42,501 nt of DNA from a virus, in IMG/VR virus record IMGVR_UViG_3300045988_049685, positions 1-42,501 of that record; one strand, 5' to 3'. The first letter of the stretch is position 1. Every line of letters begins with the position of its first letter. The position numbers and the translations under genes were made by a program. A model generated the notes under the pieces. It did not search any database and was not told where the DNA came from. It worked only from the letters and a program-made list of their open reading frames with translations. This document shows, in pieces, positions 1-8,024 of the stretch.

Positions 1-316
1 CTGGGCGGAGTTCCCGGAACTGCCAATCTGGGCGGAGTTCCCGGAACTGCCAATCTGGGCGGAGTTCCCGGAACTGCCAATCCGGGCGTAGTCCCCGGAA
101 CTGCCAATCTGGGCGGAGTTCCCGGAACTGCCAATCCGGGCGTAGTGCCCGGAACTGCCAATCCGGGCGTAGTCCCCGGAACTGCCAATCCGGGCGTAGT
201 GCCCGGAACTGCCAATCTGGGCGGAGTTCCCGGAACTGCCAATCTGGGCGTAGTTCCCGGAACTGCCAATCTGGGCGGAGTTCCCGGAACTGCCAATCTG
301 GGCGGAGTCCCCGGAA
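1..316 (-). repeat. 27-bp coding tandem repeat array (11 full units plus a degenerate 12th)
   Basis: Head-to-tail units ctgggcggagttcccggaactgccaat with three variant forms start exactly at nt 1. The minus-strand frame reads IGSSG(N/D/H)(S/Y)A(Q/R) per unit. Confidence 0.95.
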
Positions 317-663
317 TCAACGTTTTCACTCGGCGTCTCAGCAATAGTCTTTTCCAGTACAAAATCCACACATGCCTTGATAAATCCGGATAGTCCCAGT
401 TTTACGCCGATTTTCAGTTTTCGGGAGCAGAATTTTTTCTTATCATCCGTCTTTGGCTCGTCCAGCGCTTCAACTTCGGCAAACTCGTTCGGCGTTCCAT
501 CAGAGCGAATCAAATCGTAACAATCCAGCACGTCAAAGGGGCTTTCGCAAAAGTGCATTCCCTTTTCACAGATTTTCGCCTCCGGTTCCTCGAAGACGGT
601 ATTTTCCTGATACTGCTTATCCTTGCAGATCAAGCCGGGGTTGAATCCTTTGTAACCTTTCAT
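1..663 (-). CDS. N-terminal 221 codons of a repeat-containing phage protein; ORF is open at nt 1 and continues at the other window end
   Basis: ATG at 663 with AAAGGA upstream. Sequence begins MKGYKGFNPGLICKDKQYQENTVFEEPEAKICEKGMHFCESPFDVLDCY. I translated it by hand with no stop down to nt 1. It is absent from the ORF track because it is open-ended. Confidence 0.85.
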   Translation of the reverse strand, partial: MKGYKGFNPGLICKDKQYQENTVFEEPEAKICEKGMHFCESPFDVLDCYDLIRSDGTPNEFAEVEALDEPKTDDKKKFCSRKLKIGVKLGLSGFIKACVDFVLEKTIAETPSENVDSGDSAQIGSSGNSAQIGSSGNYAQIGSSGNSAQIGSSGHYARIGSSGDYARIGSSGHYARIGSSGNSAQIGSSGDYARIGSSGNSAQIGSSGNSAQIGSSGNSAQ

Positions 664-687
664 TTTGCATTTCCTTTCTGTTTCCCT

Positions 688-1002
688 TTATTCCCCCGAG
701 GAACTTTCCCCCACCGGGGCGGGGTGCAATTCCGCTTCACCGGCTCCGGCTTGAAACAGCCGTACATTTTCGCCTTGCTCATGCTCAAAAACAATCCCCT
801 CTCTCACCAAATCCGGGTGTTCATACCGAAAAAATTGGCGTTGTTTTTTGTGGTTTCCAATTGATTTCATGATGTTTTTGTTCCAGTTCTCGATGAAATA
901 CGTTTCCCATGCCTTGCAGCCGTCCCCGTTGGTGGGGCAATCGTCCCGCGTGCAGTTTCTGCAAAAGGGGCTTTCCTTCCCCCCGTCTACTTCGTTTTTC
1001 AT
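688..1002 (-). CDS. hypothetical Cys-rich early protein
   Basis: 104-aa ORF. Its ATG overlaps the upstream stop (ATGA at 999-1002). N-terminal CRNCTRDDCPTNGDGC motif; no family recognised. Confidence 0.6.
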   Translation of the reverse strand: MKNEVDGGKESPFCRNCTRDDCPTNGDGCKAWETYFIENWNKNIMKSIGNHKKQRQFFRYEHPDLVREGIVFEHEQGENVRLFQAGAGEAELHPAPVGESSSGE

Positions 1003-1559
1003 ACTCCACCGCCTTCCGGTAGCTTTTCAAATTCCATCTTCCCGGCCAACTCGGCGATAAAGCTCTTTACCGCTCCGGGGAGCTTCTGGTAATCGTCCTC
1101 CCGCTTCTGGCACACTTGGAAGGATCTCTGGAAATTCGATGCAACCACGGACTGCACCGTTTCTGCGTCCATCAGCGCCCATTCCTTGAGCTGGGCGGGG
1201 CTTCCCACCGTCCGCTGTACCGCCTGCGGCAGTTTCCGGAACTCGTCATCTGCGCCGTATACGCTGTTTCTCAGCGCACCGGCAACCAGCCCCCATGCCT
1301 CCATCTGGGTCATCTGCTGGGGCGACTGCATCCGATGGAGCATATCTTTCAGCTTCCCGATGGTGGGCATAAAGCCGCCGGTATCCGTCGCTATGTACGC
1401 TTTTGCAGCAGCGGCAACGGCCTCAAATGGCTCCTCGGAGAACATATCCGCCCAAAGATTGACTTTCACGTTTGCCGCCTCTTTGGACATTCCCCGAAAA
1501 GAATCGGGATAATTTGCCTGTAAAAGCGTGAGAATCTGGTACGCTTCCTGTTTATCCAT
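999..1559 (-). CDS. putative replicative-helicase loader (G39P-like)
   Basis: Start moved to ATG 1559 (GGGAGG upstream, ATGGATAA overlap with the upstream stop). MDKQEAYQILTLLQANYPDSF...VNLWADMF resembles SPP1 G39P-type loader N-domains from memory. No helicase gene is present in the window. Confidence 0.55.
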   Translation of the reverse strand: MDKQEAYQILTLLQANYPDSFRGMSKEAANVKVNLWADMFSEEPFEAVAAAAKAYIATDTGGFMPTIGKLKDMLHRMQSPQQMTQMEAWGLVAGALRNSVYGADDEFRKLPQAVQRTVGSPAQLKEWALMDAETVQSVVASNFQRSFQVCQKREDDYQKLPGAVKSFIAELAGKMEFEKLPEGGGV

Positions 1560-2229
1560 TCCCAAATTCCTCCCTGTACATCTCCGCCAGACGGTCAACG
1601 CCGCTGGTGTAGCCGCTGCGGGTATTTGCGTTGCCTATTCTCTGCCTTTCACTCTTCGTCCAGGTGACAACGGCGGACTTCCAATCCTTCATGGGGCTTT
1701 TGCCAACCATCCAGCCTTTCGACGCATAGAACGCTACAAAGGCTTCCGGGTCAATGTGGTATCCCTTTTCCTGGCAATACTCCGCCACCTGCTCCACCGT
1801 AGGCGGGGTGAATCGCTTTTTCTTTTCGCTTCCCCCCGCAAGGGGGTTAGGGGGATAACATTCGTTCTCTTTCTCTCTCTCTTTCTCCTTCTCTATCTCG
1901 CTTGCGGGTTGCTCTTGCTTATCGTTTGCTTCCACTTTGCTTCCGCTTTGCTTGCTATTTGCTTCCACTTTGCTTGCTATTTGCTTGGTGTCTCCTCCTT
2001 TTTTCCCGGATTTTGCTTTCCGCCTGCTTGCGTCCAGATTCGGCTTGATAAGCATAAAGGCAATGGCGGCGGCGTCAGACATTTTGTCTACGTCCGGAGC
2101 ATCGTTAAACAGAGCGTATTTGCAAATAGCGTCATAGGCTTCTGCCTTTGCGGCCTTACTTTTTATCTTGAAAACCGCTTCAAAAAACGAGCGGTAAAAA
2201 GTGAATTGGCTTCTTACTTCATCTTCCAT
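1552..2229 (-). CDS. putative replisome organizer / replication initiator
   Basis: Start moved to ATG 2229, directly after the rusA stop. It has an N-terminal FTFYRSFFEAV helix domain. The C-terminal FTPPTVEQVAEYCQEKGYHIDPEAFVAFYASKGWMVGKSPMKDWK motif is typical of Gram-positive phage DnaD-like organizers. Confidence 0.6.
   Translation of the reverse strand: MEDEVRSQFTFYRSFFEAVFKIKSKAAKAEAYDAICKYALFNDAPDVDKMSDAAAIAFMLIKPNLDASRRKAKSGKKGGDTKQIASKVEANSKQSGSKVEANDKQEQPASEIEKEKEREKENECYPPNPLAGGSEKKKRFTPPTVEQVAEYCQEKGYHIDPEAFVAFYASKGWMVGKSPMKDWKSAVVTWTKSERQRIGNANTRSGYTSGVDRLAEMYREEFGNG
1925..1990. repeat. six tandem 11-bp iterons inside the replication gene (candidate origin)
   Basis: TTTGCTTCCAC TTTGCTTCCGC TTTGCTTGCTA TTTGCTTCCAC TTTGCTTGCTA TTTGCTTGGTG, head to tail. 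Confidence 0.6.
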
Positions 2230-2230
2230 C

Positions 2231-2656
2231 TCACACTGTGTCACGGGGTGCCTCCTCTCCGGTGAGGCGAACCGCCACGCATGGGCGGGTGCCGTACCGC
2301 TTGCAGACTGTGGCGTCTGTGATAGCTGCATCATCCTTGTAGGCGATACCGTTCAGGGCATCACACACAATCTTGCCTATGTTGTCCCAGTCGGGTTTCA
2401 CCATGGGGAGAACCCGATTGTCAATCGCTTCGGCCTGCTTGCGCTTGCTCCACGAATGGGGAACGGGGTAGATCGCCGCAATGTCAACCCGGATAGCACC
2501 GGTGAACTTTGCCCCGTGGGCTTCGCACTGGTATGCCCATGCCACCAGCTTTTCATAGTCCTTCGTTTTCTTTGGGGTGTATGTCTCACCGTTCTGGGTG
2601 AAGCGGGGGCGCTCCTTCCCTTGCGGAACGCCGGGAATCGTAAATTCAATCGTCAC
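2231..2656 (-). CDS. rusA: RusA-family Holliday junction resolvase
   Basis: GTG start at 2656 with AAGGAAGG upstream. MTIEFTIPGVPQGKERPRF...PDWDNIGKIVCDALNGIAYKDD is the RusA signature. Confidence 0.9.
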   Translation of the reverse strand: MTIEFTIPGVPQGKERPRFTQNGETYTPKKTKDYEKLVAWAYQCEAHGAKFTGAIRVDIAAIYPVPHSWSKRKQAEAIDNRVLPMVKPDWDNIGKIVCDALNGIAYKDDAAITDATVCKRYGTRPCVAVRLTGEEAPRDTV

Positions 2657-2758
2657 GTTTTCGCGCCTTCCTTTGGAGTTGGCGGTTTCCCTCCCACCGC
2701 CAAGGGAAAATACAAACTATACTGTTAATCTTTTTGAGGAAAGATTGATTTTTCCGGA

Positions 2759-3202
2759 CTAGAACGGCAATCGCTCGTCCTCTCCTTCCAACTCTACGAA
2801 GTTCGCCGCAGGGGCGGGAGCCTGATACGCCGGTGTGCTGTATCCGTTGTCAGCCCCAGAGCTGGCCTGAGTGCCGCTTTCCTTGCTGCCGCAGAAATAG
2901 ATGTTGTTTACAAGAATCTCCGCCGTGCGGCGCTTCTGGCCGTTCTTGCCCGTCCAGTCCCGCAACTGTAATCTGCCGGTCGCTACGGCCATCTGGCCTT
3001 TATGGAAGTACTTCTCCACCATTTCGGCGGTGCCGCCCCATGCGACACATTCAATAAAGTCAACTTCCTTCTCGCCGGTCTGCTGATTCTTGAAATCCCG
3101 GTCACAGGCCAGCGTGAAGCTGGTCACAGCCTTTCCGGAAGCAGTGCGGCGAAGCTCCGGGTCTCGGACGATTCTTCCCTGCACGCTGATTTGGTTAAGC
3201 AT
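2759..3202 (-). CDS. ssb: single-stranded DNA-binding protein
   Basis: Start at ATG 3202 (AGGAGG upstream, ATGCTTAA overlap with the recT stop). It has an OB-fold N-domain, a Gly/Ala/Pro linker and the acidic tail EDERLPF. Confidence 0.92.
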   Translation of the reverse strand: MLNQISVQGRIVRDPELRRTASGKAVTSFTLACDRDFKNQQTGEKEVDFIECVAWGGTAEMVEKYFHKGQMAVATGRLQLRDWTGKNGQKRRTAEILVNNIYFCGSKESGTQASSGADNGYSTPAYQAPAPAANFVELEGEDERLPF

Positions 3203-4007
3203 TTGCGGCCTCCTGTGGGATGACTTCGCCTGTCTCTGCATCCACATCAATGTAGTCCGTCACATCGGGGATTTCTGCCATGTCGGCGGCAATTTCTGTC
3301 TTGATAGTGTTGTCCTGAGCGATGCCTCTTGCAAAATCGGACTTTAAGGGGGCGTATTTCAGCACCTTTTTCAGCACGGTTTTCTTCGCCATTTCGTCAA
3401 AATTGGTCTGCCACGGGCCGTTGCTGTAGCTTTTGGAATACTGCTTGGCATGGGTGTTTACATCTTCAATGCTCATCACCTGGAAGCCATATCCACCAGT
3501 TTTTGTTTTGAAAATTGCATAGTAAAAAATAGGCTTTCCACGGTTACTTCTGGCAGGGACGTGCCGAAGTGTGGGGTCAAGGCCAAGCTCATATTGGAAA
3601 TCGTCATTTTCGTACACGGTGTGCGCCTGGATAATGGAGACTTCGCCAGAGCGGTACGCCAAGTCGATCAAGCCCTTATAGCCAAGCTGGAACTGGCACT
3701 CCATCCGTCCGTGGTTGCGGAAAGGAATCAGGTAAGCCTGCCCAAGAGGGGTATTCGGCTCCAAGCCCAACTGTGCGGCGGTCATCATAGCGCCAAGGAA
3801 AGACTGAGGGGTGCATTCCTTGAGCTTCGGGTTGGCGCTCAGTGCAGACAGGGTAATGCGGCTGAACCGCTCCGGGGTCATCACGCTGGGAAGTGCCGCC
3901 TGAATGGCGGGCTTCATAACCTCAATGTAGTCCTGAATGCTGCTGGGTTTCTTGCTTTTTGCTACCGCCTGCGTGGAAGCGGTGGCGTTCTGAATCATGT
4001 TTGCCAT
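3195..4007 (-). CDS. recT: RecT-family single-strand annealing recombinase
   Basis: Start at ATG 4007 (TAATG overlap with the upstream stop). Motifs: LGLEPNTPLGQAYLIPF and QFQLGYKGLIDLA. Confidence 0.9.
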   Translation of the reverse strand: MANMIQNATASTQAVAKSKKPSSIQDYIEVMKPAIQAALPSVMTPERFSRITLSALSANPKLKECTPQSFLGAMMTAAQLGLEPNTPLGQAYLIPFRNHGRMECQFQLGYKGLIDLAYRSGEVSIIQAHTVYENDDFQYELGLDPTLRHVPARSNRGKPIFYYAIFKTKTGGYGFQVMSIEDVNTHAKQYSKSYSNGPWQTNFDEMAKKTVLKKVLKYAPLKSDFARGIAQDNTIKTEIAADMAEIPDVTDYIDVDAETGEVIPQEAANA

Positions 4008-4945
4008 TAAATATTCTCCTTTTTGAACCGGAAAGTTCTGCTTTCCGAAGATTTGAAATAGTCCTGTGGGATTTCTCCATGGTCTTTCTCCCACTTCTTT
4101 CTATCGAACGTGGAGCGTTTCTGCGTCTTCCATGTGACGCTGTAACTCCCGTATCCGCCCCGCTCGGCGGTTCCCATGGTCTTCATGATACGCGCCTGAG
4201 CGGCGGCTTTCTTTTCTTCCAGCGCCTTGATCTGCTGGCGGCATTCGTCCATGATCACCAAATCAACGGCGCAACCGGTCAGGTCCATTTCGGTGTCCGG
4301 ATCGCTGGTCGGGAACTCTGCGTTCAGGGCGTCAATGGTGGAATCCATGCCGTCAATGGCCGGGGGTGTTTCGCTCTGAACGTTCTCCCAGAAGTTTTCC
4401 TCCGCCGCTTTCAGGGCTTCCAGCTCTGCCTCGTCTCGCTCGATGACGAATACCTTGAAGTCAATGCCCAGAACCAGAACCGCCAGATACCAGCGATCAA
4501 GGCCGGACACAAGAAGGTAATGGCAGCATTGCGCGTAGTAAGTAGCCGGGAACTCGCCGTTCTTGAATTTGCTCAAGTGGAGCGCATTCGTGGTCTTGAT
4601 CTCTAATCCTGCCCGTTCACCGATGACCAGCCGGTCGTAGTTGGCGTGGGCGTAGGGCATATCGTCCCGGAATACGGTGTAGTTCTCCCGGCGCACCTTT
4701 TTCCCTGTAGCTTCTGTGAACCGCTTTGCTACGTATTCCTCCAAGTCCGTGCCAAGGCGTACCGCCTCTTTCTGGGAAATATCCTCCGGGATGACCTTCC
4801 CGGTTTTCTCCGCCCAAAGGGCATACGGTGACTTGTAGGGGTTCAGACCCAGAATGGCGGCGGCATCCGAACCACCAATGGTGGTAGCGCGCAGCGCTGT
4901 CCATTCCTCTTTGCTCATGGTCGCGGTTGGAATTTTCCGTATCAT
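4007..4945 (-). CDS. YqaJ-like (lambda Exo-type) recombination exonuclease
   Basis: Start at ATG 4945 (ATGA overlap). TTIGGSDAAAILGLNPYKSPYALW and LEIKTT motifs of the PD-(D/E)XK YqaJ family. Adjacent to recT. Confidence 0.85.
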   Translation of the reverse strand: MIRKIPTATMSKEEWTALRATTIGGSDAAAILGLNPYKSPYALWAEKTGKVIPEDISQKEAVRLGTDLEEYVAKRFTEATGKKVRRENYTVFRDDMPYAHANYDRLVIGERAGLEIKTTNALHLSKFKNGEFPATYYAQCCHYLLVSGLDRWYLAVLVLGIDFKVFVIERDEAELEALKAAEENFWENVQSETPPAIDGMDSTIDALNAEFPTSDPDTEMDLTGCAVDLVIMDECRQQIKALEEKKAAAQARIMKTMGTAERGGYGSYSVTWKTQKRSTFDRKKWEKDHGEIPQDYFKSSESRTFRFKKENI

Positions 4946-5157
4946 TCCTCCACCTCCGCTTCCTCGTTGAACTCCGTCATGGAATCGATGCAATCCAGGC
5001 AGTAGAACTCATCATGCGCCGGGATATATACCAGTTTGCTGTCTGTGATGGGATATCCGCACCTAGCACACTTCGGGAGTGCCGCTTCCCGAAAGTCGGC
5101 ATCCGCCGCCAACTGTTCAGCCTGTCGCCACGGCTCTATGCTATCAAAAACGTCCAT
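4942..5157 (-). CDS. hypothetical small zinc-ribbon-like protein
   Basis: 71-aa ORF with CARCG...CLDC Cys pairs and AAAGGAAAG upstream of the ATG. Confidence 0.6.
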   Translation of the reverse strand: MDVFDSIEPWRQAEQLAADADFREAALPKCARCGYPITDSKLVYIPAHDEFYCLDCIDSMTEFNEEAEVEE

Positions 5158-5250
5158 TGACTTTCCTTTCTTTATTTGATATACTGTGTAAATGGAAGAG
5201 ATTTTTATATCGCTTGCCGTCCCCGGTGCTGTAACATCGGGGGCGGCTTT

Positions 5251-5484
5251 TTATCGCCCTCTGATGCAACGCCCGATACCGGCACCCATCAGGATAGCGC
5301 ACACCCACATTGCGGGAACTGCCGCCTTGTCTGCCAGCAAACCGGCCTGCTGCCACCAGAAAAGCACCAGATTCAGCCCCGCATAGGGGCAAACCCGGAA
5401 AACACATTCCCTGATACTGAACGGCTTCCGGTTCTCCGGCACCGGCTCCCACCGGGCATCCACGGGCTTGTTCCTGCTTGCCAT
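5251..5484 (-). CDS. hypothetical small membrane protein
   Basis: 77-aa ORF with two hydrophobic segments. Its ATG lies 4 nt after the upstream stop, with AGGAGG upstream. The competing 5144-5452 frame is Gly/Arg-rich junk. Confidence 0.45.
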   Translation of the reverse strand: MASRNKPVDARWEPVPENRKPFSIRECVFRVCPYAGLNLVLFWWQQAGLLADKAAVPAMWVCAILMGAGIGRCIRGR

Positions 5485-5488
5485 ATCC

Positions 5489-5665
5489 TCACCTCCTGTC
5501 GTGGTTTTTATGGACTACGTCGAAAAGCTCCGCGTTCTCATCGTCAAACGCCTTGCTTCCCTTCGATTCCATCAAAAGGGATTCCCGCAGATGCTCATTT
5601 TCCCGGCGCAAGCGGCGGTTCATCTCCGCCATGGTGCGAAGCTGGGCAACCTCGTTCGGCATCAT
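5489..5665 (-). CDS. hypothetical 58-aa coiled-coil protein (below the ORF-track cutoff)
   Basis: Hand-translated: MMPNEVAQLRTMAEMNRRLRRENEHLRESLLMESKGSKAFDDENAELFDVVHKNHDRR. ATGA overlap with the upstream stop at 5662-5665. Confidence 0.5.
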   Translation of the reverse strand: MMPNEVAQLRTMAEMNRRLRRENEHLRESLLMESKGSKAFDDENAELFDVVHKNHDRR

Positions 5666-5916
5666 TTTGCCACCTCATCCGGATACAAAGTGCTCAGCAC
5701 ATCCGGCGCGTCCCAGTGGTTGCCATCCCACCCAGCCCGGCGGGCGTAGGCGTAAACCTCCCGCCGAACAGGTTCCGGCATCACGGCAACCACCTTTACG
5801 CAGTAGTCACCATCGGTGCTATAGAGGAACGTATCCCCAATTTTTGGGTACGCCATCCGGCCTTCCAGAAATGCCTTTGCGCGCTTCTTTGCAAGCCGCT
5901 TTTTCATCACTTTCAA
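5662..5916 (-). CDS. hypothetical protein
   Basis: 84-aa ORF in the tightly packed early operon; no family recognised. Confidence 0.6.
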   Translation of the reverse strand: MKVMKKRLAKKRAKAFLEGRMAYPKIGDTFLYSTDGDYCVKVVAVMPEPVRREVYAYARRAGWDGNHWDAPDVLSTLYPDEVAK

Positions 5917-5934
5917 TCTCCCTTCATCTTGGCA

Positions 5935-6561
5935 TCATTTGGATTTCTCCTTGTAGGGGCGAACCTCACTCGGATGAAGTACTTGTATGAAGCCGCTCTT
6001 GTCAACCAAGCCGAAACATCCGTCCTGCTGGATACGTACCAGCGTAACAATGTCACCGATGCCGAAACCGTGGTCAACCTTACCGCCCTTTACCGTGACA
6101 ACGAACTTGTCCCCGATCTTCGGCTTGTCCTCCTTGCGCTTCTTCTCAAACAGCCGATCAACGGCGACCCTTGCGCCCTCCGCTCTGCTGTAGGTATCCT
6201 TCGGATTGCACCGGGCTTCTGCGGTCTTCACGTCCCGCCCGCCACGTTTCAGCGTGGCCGTGGTAATCATCCCGTCAAAGCGGAGTTCCACGGTGCAGGG
6301 TTCCCGCGCAGGCTCCACAAGGCCGGAAATCCATTCATCCCTGAAAAAGTAGCCAGGAACGCCAAGCCACTTGCAGAAACACTCCTGAATCGGGTCCTTC
6401 GGCTTTGCATCATCACTGTAGTAGTAGGCGGTGCCGAATTCTTTACACACCTTGCTAATTGTGATTTCTTTTCCGAGAAATCGTACCATTCCGTCAACAT
6501 AATTTTTGGAATCAGGCCGCTCACTCACAATCCGCACCTTATCCCCAACTTTGTACGCCAT
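5935..6561 (-). CDS. hypothetical early protein with KOW/SH3-like ends
   Basis: 208-aa ORF. Both ends carry KVGDKV / KIGDKF type motifs. The central AEARCNPKDTYSRAEGARVAVDRL motif recurs in Firmicutes phage proteins of unknown function. Confidence 0.7.
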   Translation of the reverse strand: MAYKVGDKVRIVSERPDSKNYVDGMVRFLGKEITISKVCKEFGTAYYYSDDAKPKDPIQECFCKWLGVPGYFFRDEWISGLVEPAREPCTVELRFDGMITTATLKRGGRDVKTAEARCNPKDTYSRAEGARVAVDRLFEKKRKEDKPKIGDKFVVTVKGGKVDHGFGIGDIVTLVRIQQDGCFGLVDKSGFIQVLHPSEVRPYKEKSK

Positions 6562-6604
6562 AAATAACTCCTTTCAATTTCGGCATTCTGCCGTAGATTT
6601 CAAA

Positions 6605-6895
6605 TCACTGCCATTCCCTTGCAAACGCCCGTATCTCCTTCTCAGAGTACCCCAGGGTTTTCAGGATCACCGCCGGGTTTGGGTGGAGGGTGGTCACCAG
6701 CTTTTTCAGGACACTTACCCGCATTTCGGTTTTTCCCTTCCGGTAGTTCCGAAGGGTCTGATGGTCTACCCCGGTTTTTTCTTCCAGCGCTACAGCGTTA
6801 TCACTCTGAATCCCCGCCAGGGGACAGCAGCGGTCGATTTCCTTCCAGAGATCTTCCACTGCGTAGCGCTCGGCATACTGCCGGATTCTAGGCAT
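6605..6895 (-). CDS. helix-turn-helix DNA-binding protein (early regulator)
   Basis: 96-aa ORF with the HTH-like segment ALEEKTGVDHQTLRNYRKGK. Confidence 0.65.
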   Translation of the reverse strand: MPRIRQYAERYAVEDLWKEIDRCCPLAGIQSDNAVALEEKTGVDHQTLRNYRKGKTEMRVSVLKKLVTTLHPNPAVILKTLGYSEKEIRAFAREWQ

Positions 6896-7072
6896 TTAAG
6901 CTCCCTCCTTGTCCTTGGGCTTGTCGGCCTCGGCCAGCTCCATACCCACGGCCAGACCGGCGGCGTAGGTTTCGGCCAGCCTTGCGGCAATTTCCCGCTT
7001 GTCCACCGGGATGCTGTTCAGAGCCTTTGCCGCGCTCTCAGCGCACCGTTTGATTTCATCAGGCATTTTCAT
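6896..7072 (-). CDS. hypothetical 58-aa protein, first gene of the early operon (below the ORF-track cutoff)
   Basis: Hand-translated: MKMPDEIKRCAESAAKALNSIPVDKREIAARLAETYAAGLAVGMELAEADKPKDKEGA. AGGAGGAAAT precedes the ATG. The stop abuts the next ATG. Confidence 0.5.
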   Translation of the reverse strand: MKMPDEIKRCAESAAKALNSIPVDKREIAARLAETYAAGLAVGMELAEADKPKDKEGA

Positions 7073-7206
7073 TTCCTCCTTTACTGATTTTTTCTTTTGG
7101 TTCTTCCATGCTGAATACCAGCTCCCCGACGATCATGCCGCACCGGGCGACAAGCAAGAACGCGAAAAAGCTGATTAAAATGTACGCCGTTGCTGCTCAC
7201 CTCCTG

Positions 7207-7235
7207 TTGATTTATCCGGCGCACCCGCTTATAAT
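7207..7235 (+). promoter_or_regulatory. sigma70-type promoter TTGATT-17-TATAAT
   Basis: TTGATT 7207-7212, 17-nt spacer, TATAAT 7230-7235. It lies 45 nt upstream of the 7281 ATG. Confidence 0.6.
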
Positions 7236-7280
7236 GTTCATACCGGTCGGATGGCCGAGTACAAATAAGGAGGCACGTTT

Positions 7281-7559
7281 ATGGATTTCAAAGTTTTGAT
7301 ATCGTGCGAGAAATGCAAGTGTTCTTTCGAGTTGCGTCCAGAGGCTTTCAAAAACCGGCCATCAATGGAATGCCCGAATTGCGGGCAGGCGTTTCCGGTT
7401 GACGTCTATGAGCAGCTGAAAGCCGGGGTCATTGCGCTGGGAAACGTTCCGGAATGTATTGAAACGGATACCGGAACAGCCCCAAACGGATCTTTGTTTA
7501 CCGTGCGAGTAAAAAGCTATGGTATGATGCACGATTTGTTTGGAGCCAGCGAAAATTAA
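7281..7559 (+). CDS. hypothetical zinc-ribbon protein (moron-like, own promoter)
   Basis: 92-aa ORF with AAGGAGG 7 nt upstream and CEKCKC...CPNCG Cys pairs. Confidence 0.65.
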   Translation: MDFKVLISCEKCKCSFELRPEAFKNRPSMECPNCGQAFPVDVYEQLKAGVIALGNVPECIETDTGTAPNGSLFTVRVKSYGMMHDLFGASEN

Positions 7560-7753
7560 ATAATCGCCTTTCGGAGACGGCTTTTCGCAATGGCCAGCAA
7601 CATTTCTGCTTGTTGGAGCGAAAGGCCGTTTCCCATTAGAATCTTGCAAATTTCGTCCGGGATTCTCTTTCGCTTGTCTTCCGGAATGCTTATCAAAACT
7701 TTTTCCGGCTGACTGTCCTGCTCAACTTTTGCAATCACTTCTTCCATTGTCAT
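7556..7753 (-). CDS. hypothetical small protein
   Basis: Start moved to ATG 7753 (GGGAGGGGGTGAGAGA upstream). 65 aa, downstream of the cro-like gene. Confidence 0.55.
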   Translation of the reverse strand: MTMEEVIAKVEQDSQPEKVLISIPEDKRKRIPDEICKILMGNGLSLQQAEMLLAIAKSRLRKAII

Positions 7754-7798
7754 TCTCTCACCCCCTCCCAGGCTTGTCCCATTAAGATTCACCTTCCG

Positions 7799-7999
7799 CT
7801 AAGACGAGGACGCATTGGAAATGATCTCGTTAACAGCGGTTTTGAACTGTTCCTCTGCCCCCTTCGGTTCCCTGTGTCCATTCAGGACTAAACTGACATA
7901 TTCCCGCGTTACACCGATATGATCGGCGAGCTGTTTCTTGGAAATTTTATGCACATGCATCAAACCGACCAAATCTCCCGTCCAATTTTTAGGCAACAT
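7799..7999 (-). CDS. Cro-like short HTH regulator
   Basis: 66 aa with the HTH ISKKQLADHIGVTREYVSLVLNG. Divergent from the repressor gene across a 198-bp operator region. Confidence 0.75.
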   Translation of the reverse strand: MLPKNWTGDLVGLMHVHKISKKQLADHIGVTREYVSLVLNGHREPKGAEEQFKTAVNEIISNASSS

Positions 8000-8024
8000 T
8001 TTCCACTTCCTTCCCTCAATAATT

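Noticed and set aside
1-316. Regular 27-bp repeats at both window ends that could be mistaken for a CRISPR array
   Set aside because: The units are strictly head to tail with no spacers. They lie in an open reading frame (9 codons per unit) flanked by coding N- and C-terminal domains. No cas genes are present.
145-393. Plus-strand ORF encoding PGTANPGVV repeats
   Set aside because: It is a mirror frame of the repeat array with no RBS. The minus-strand frame connects to a proper start (663) and to the C-terminal domain at the other window end.
5176-6567. 463-aa plus-strand ORF, the longest non-structural ORF in the track
   Set aside because: It is antisense to five tightly coupled minus-strand genes that have good RBSs. 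Its product is Pro/Arg/Gly-rich and low-complexity, with no start context.
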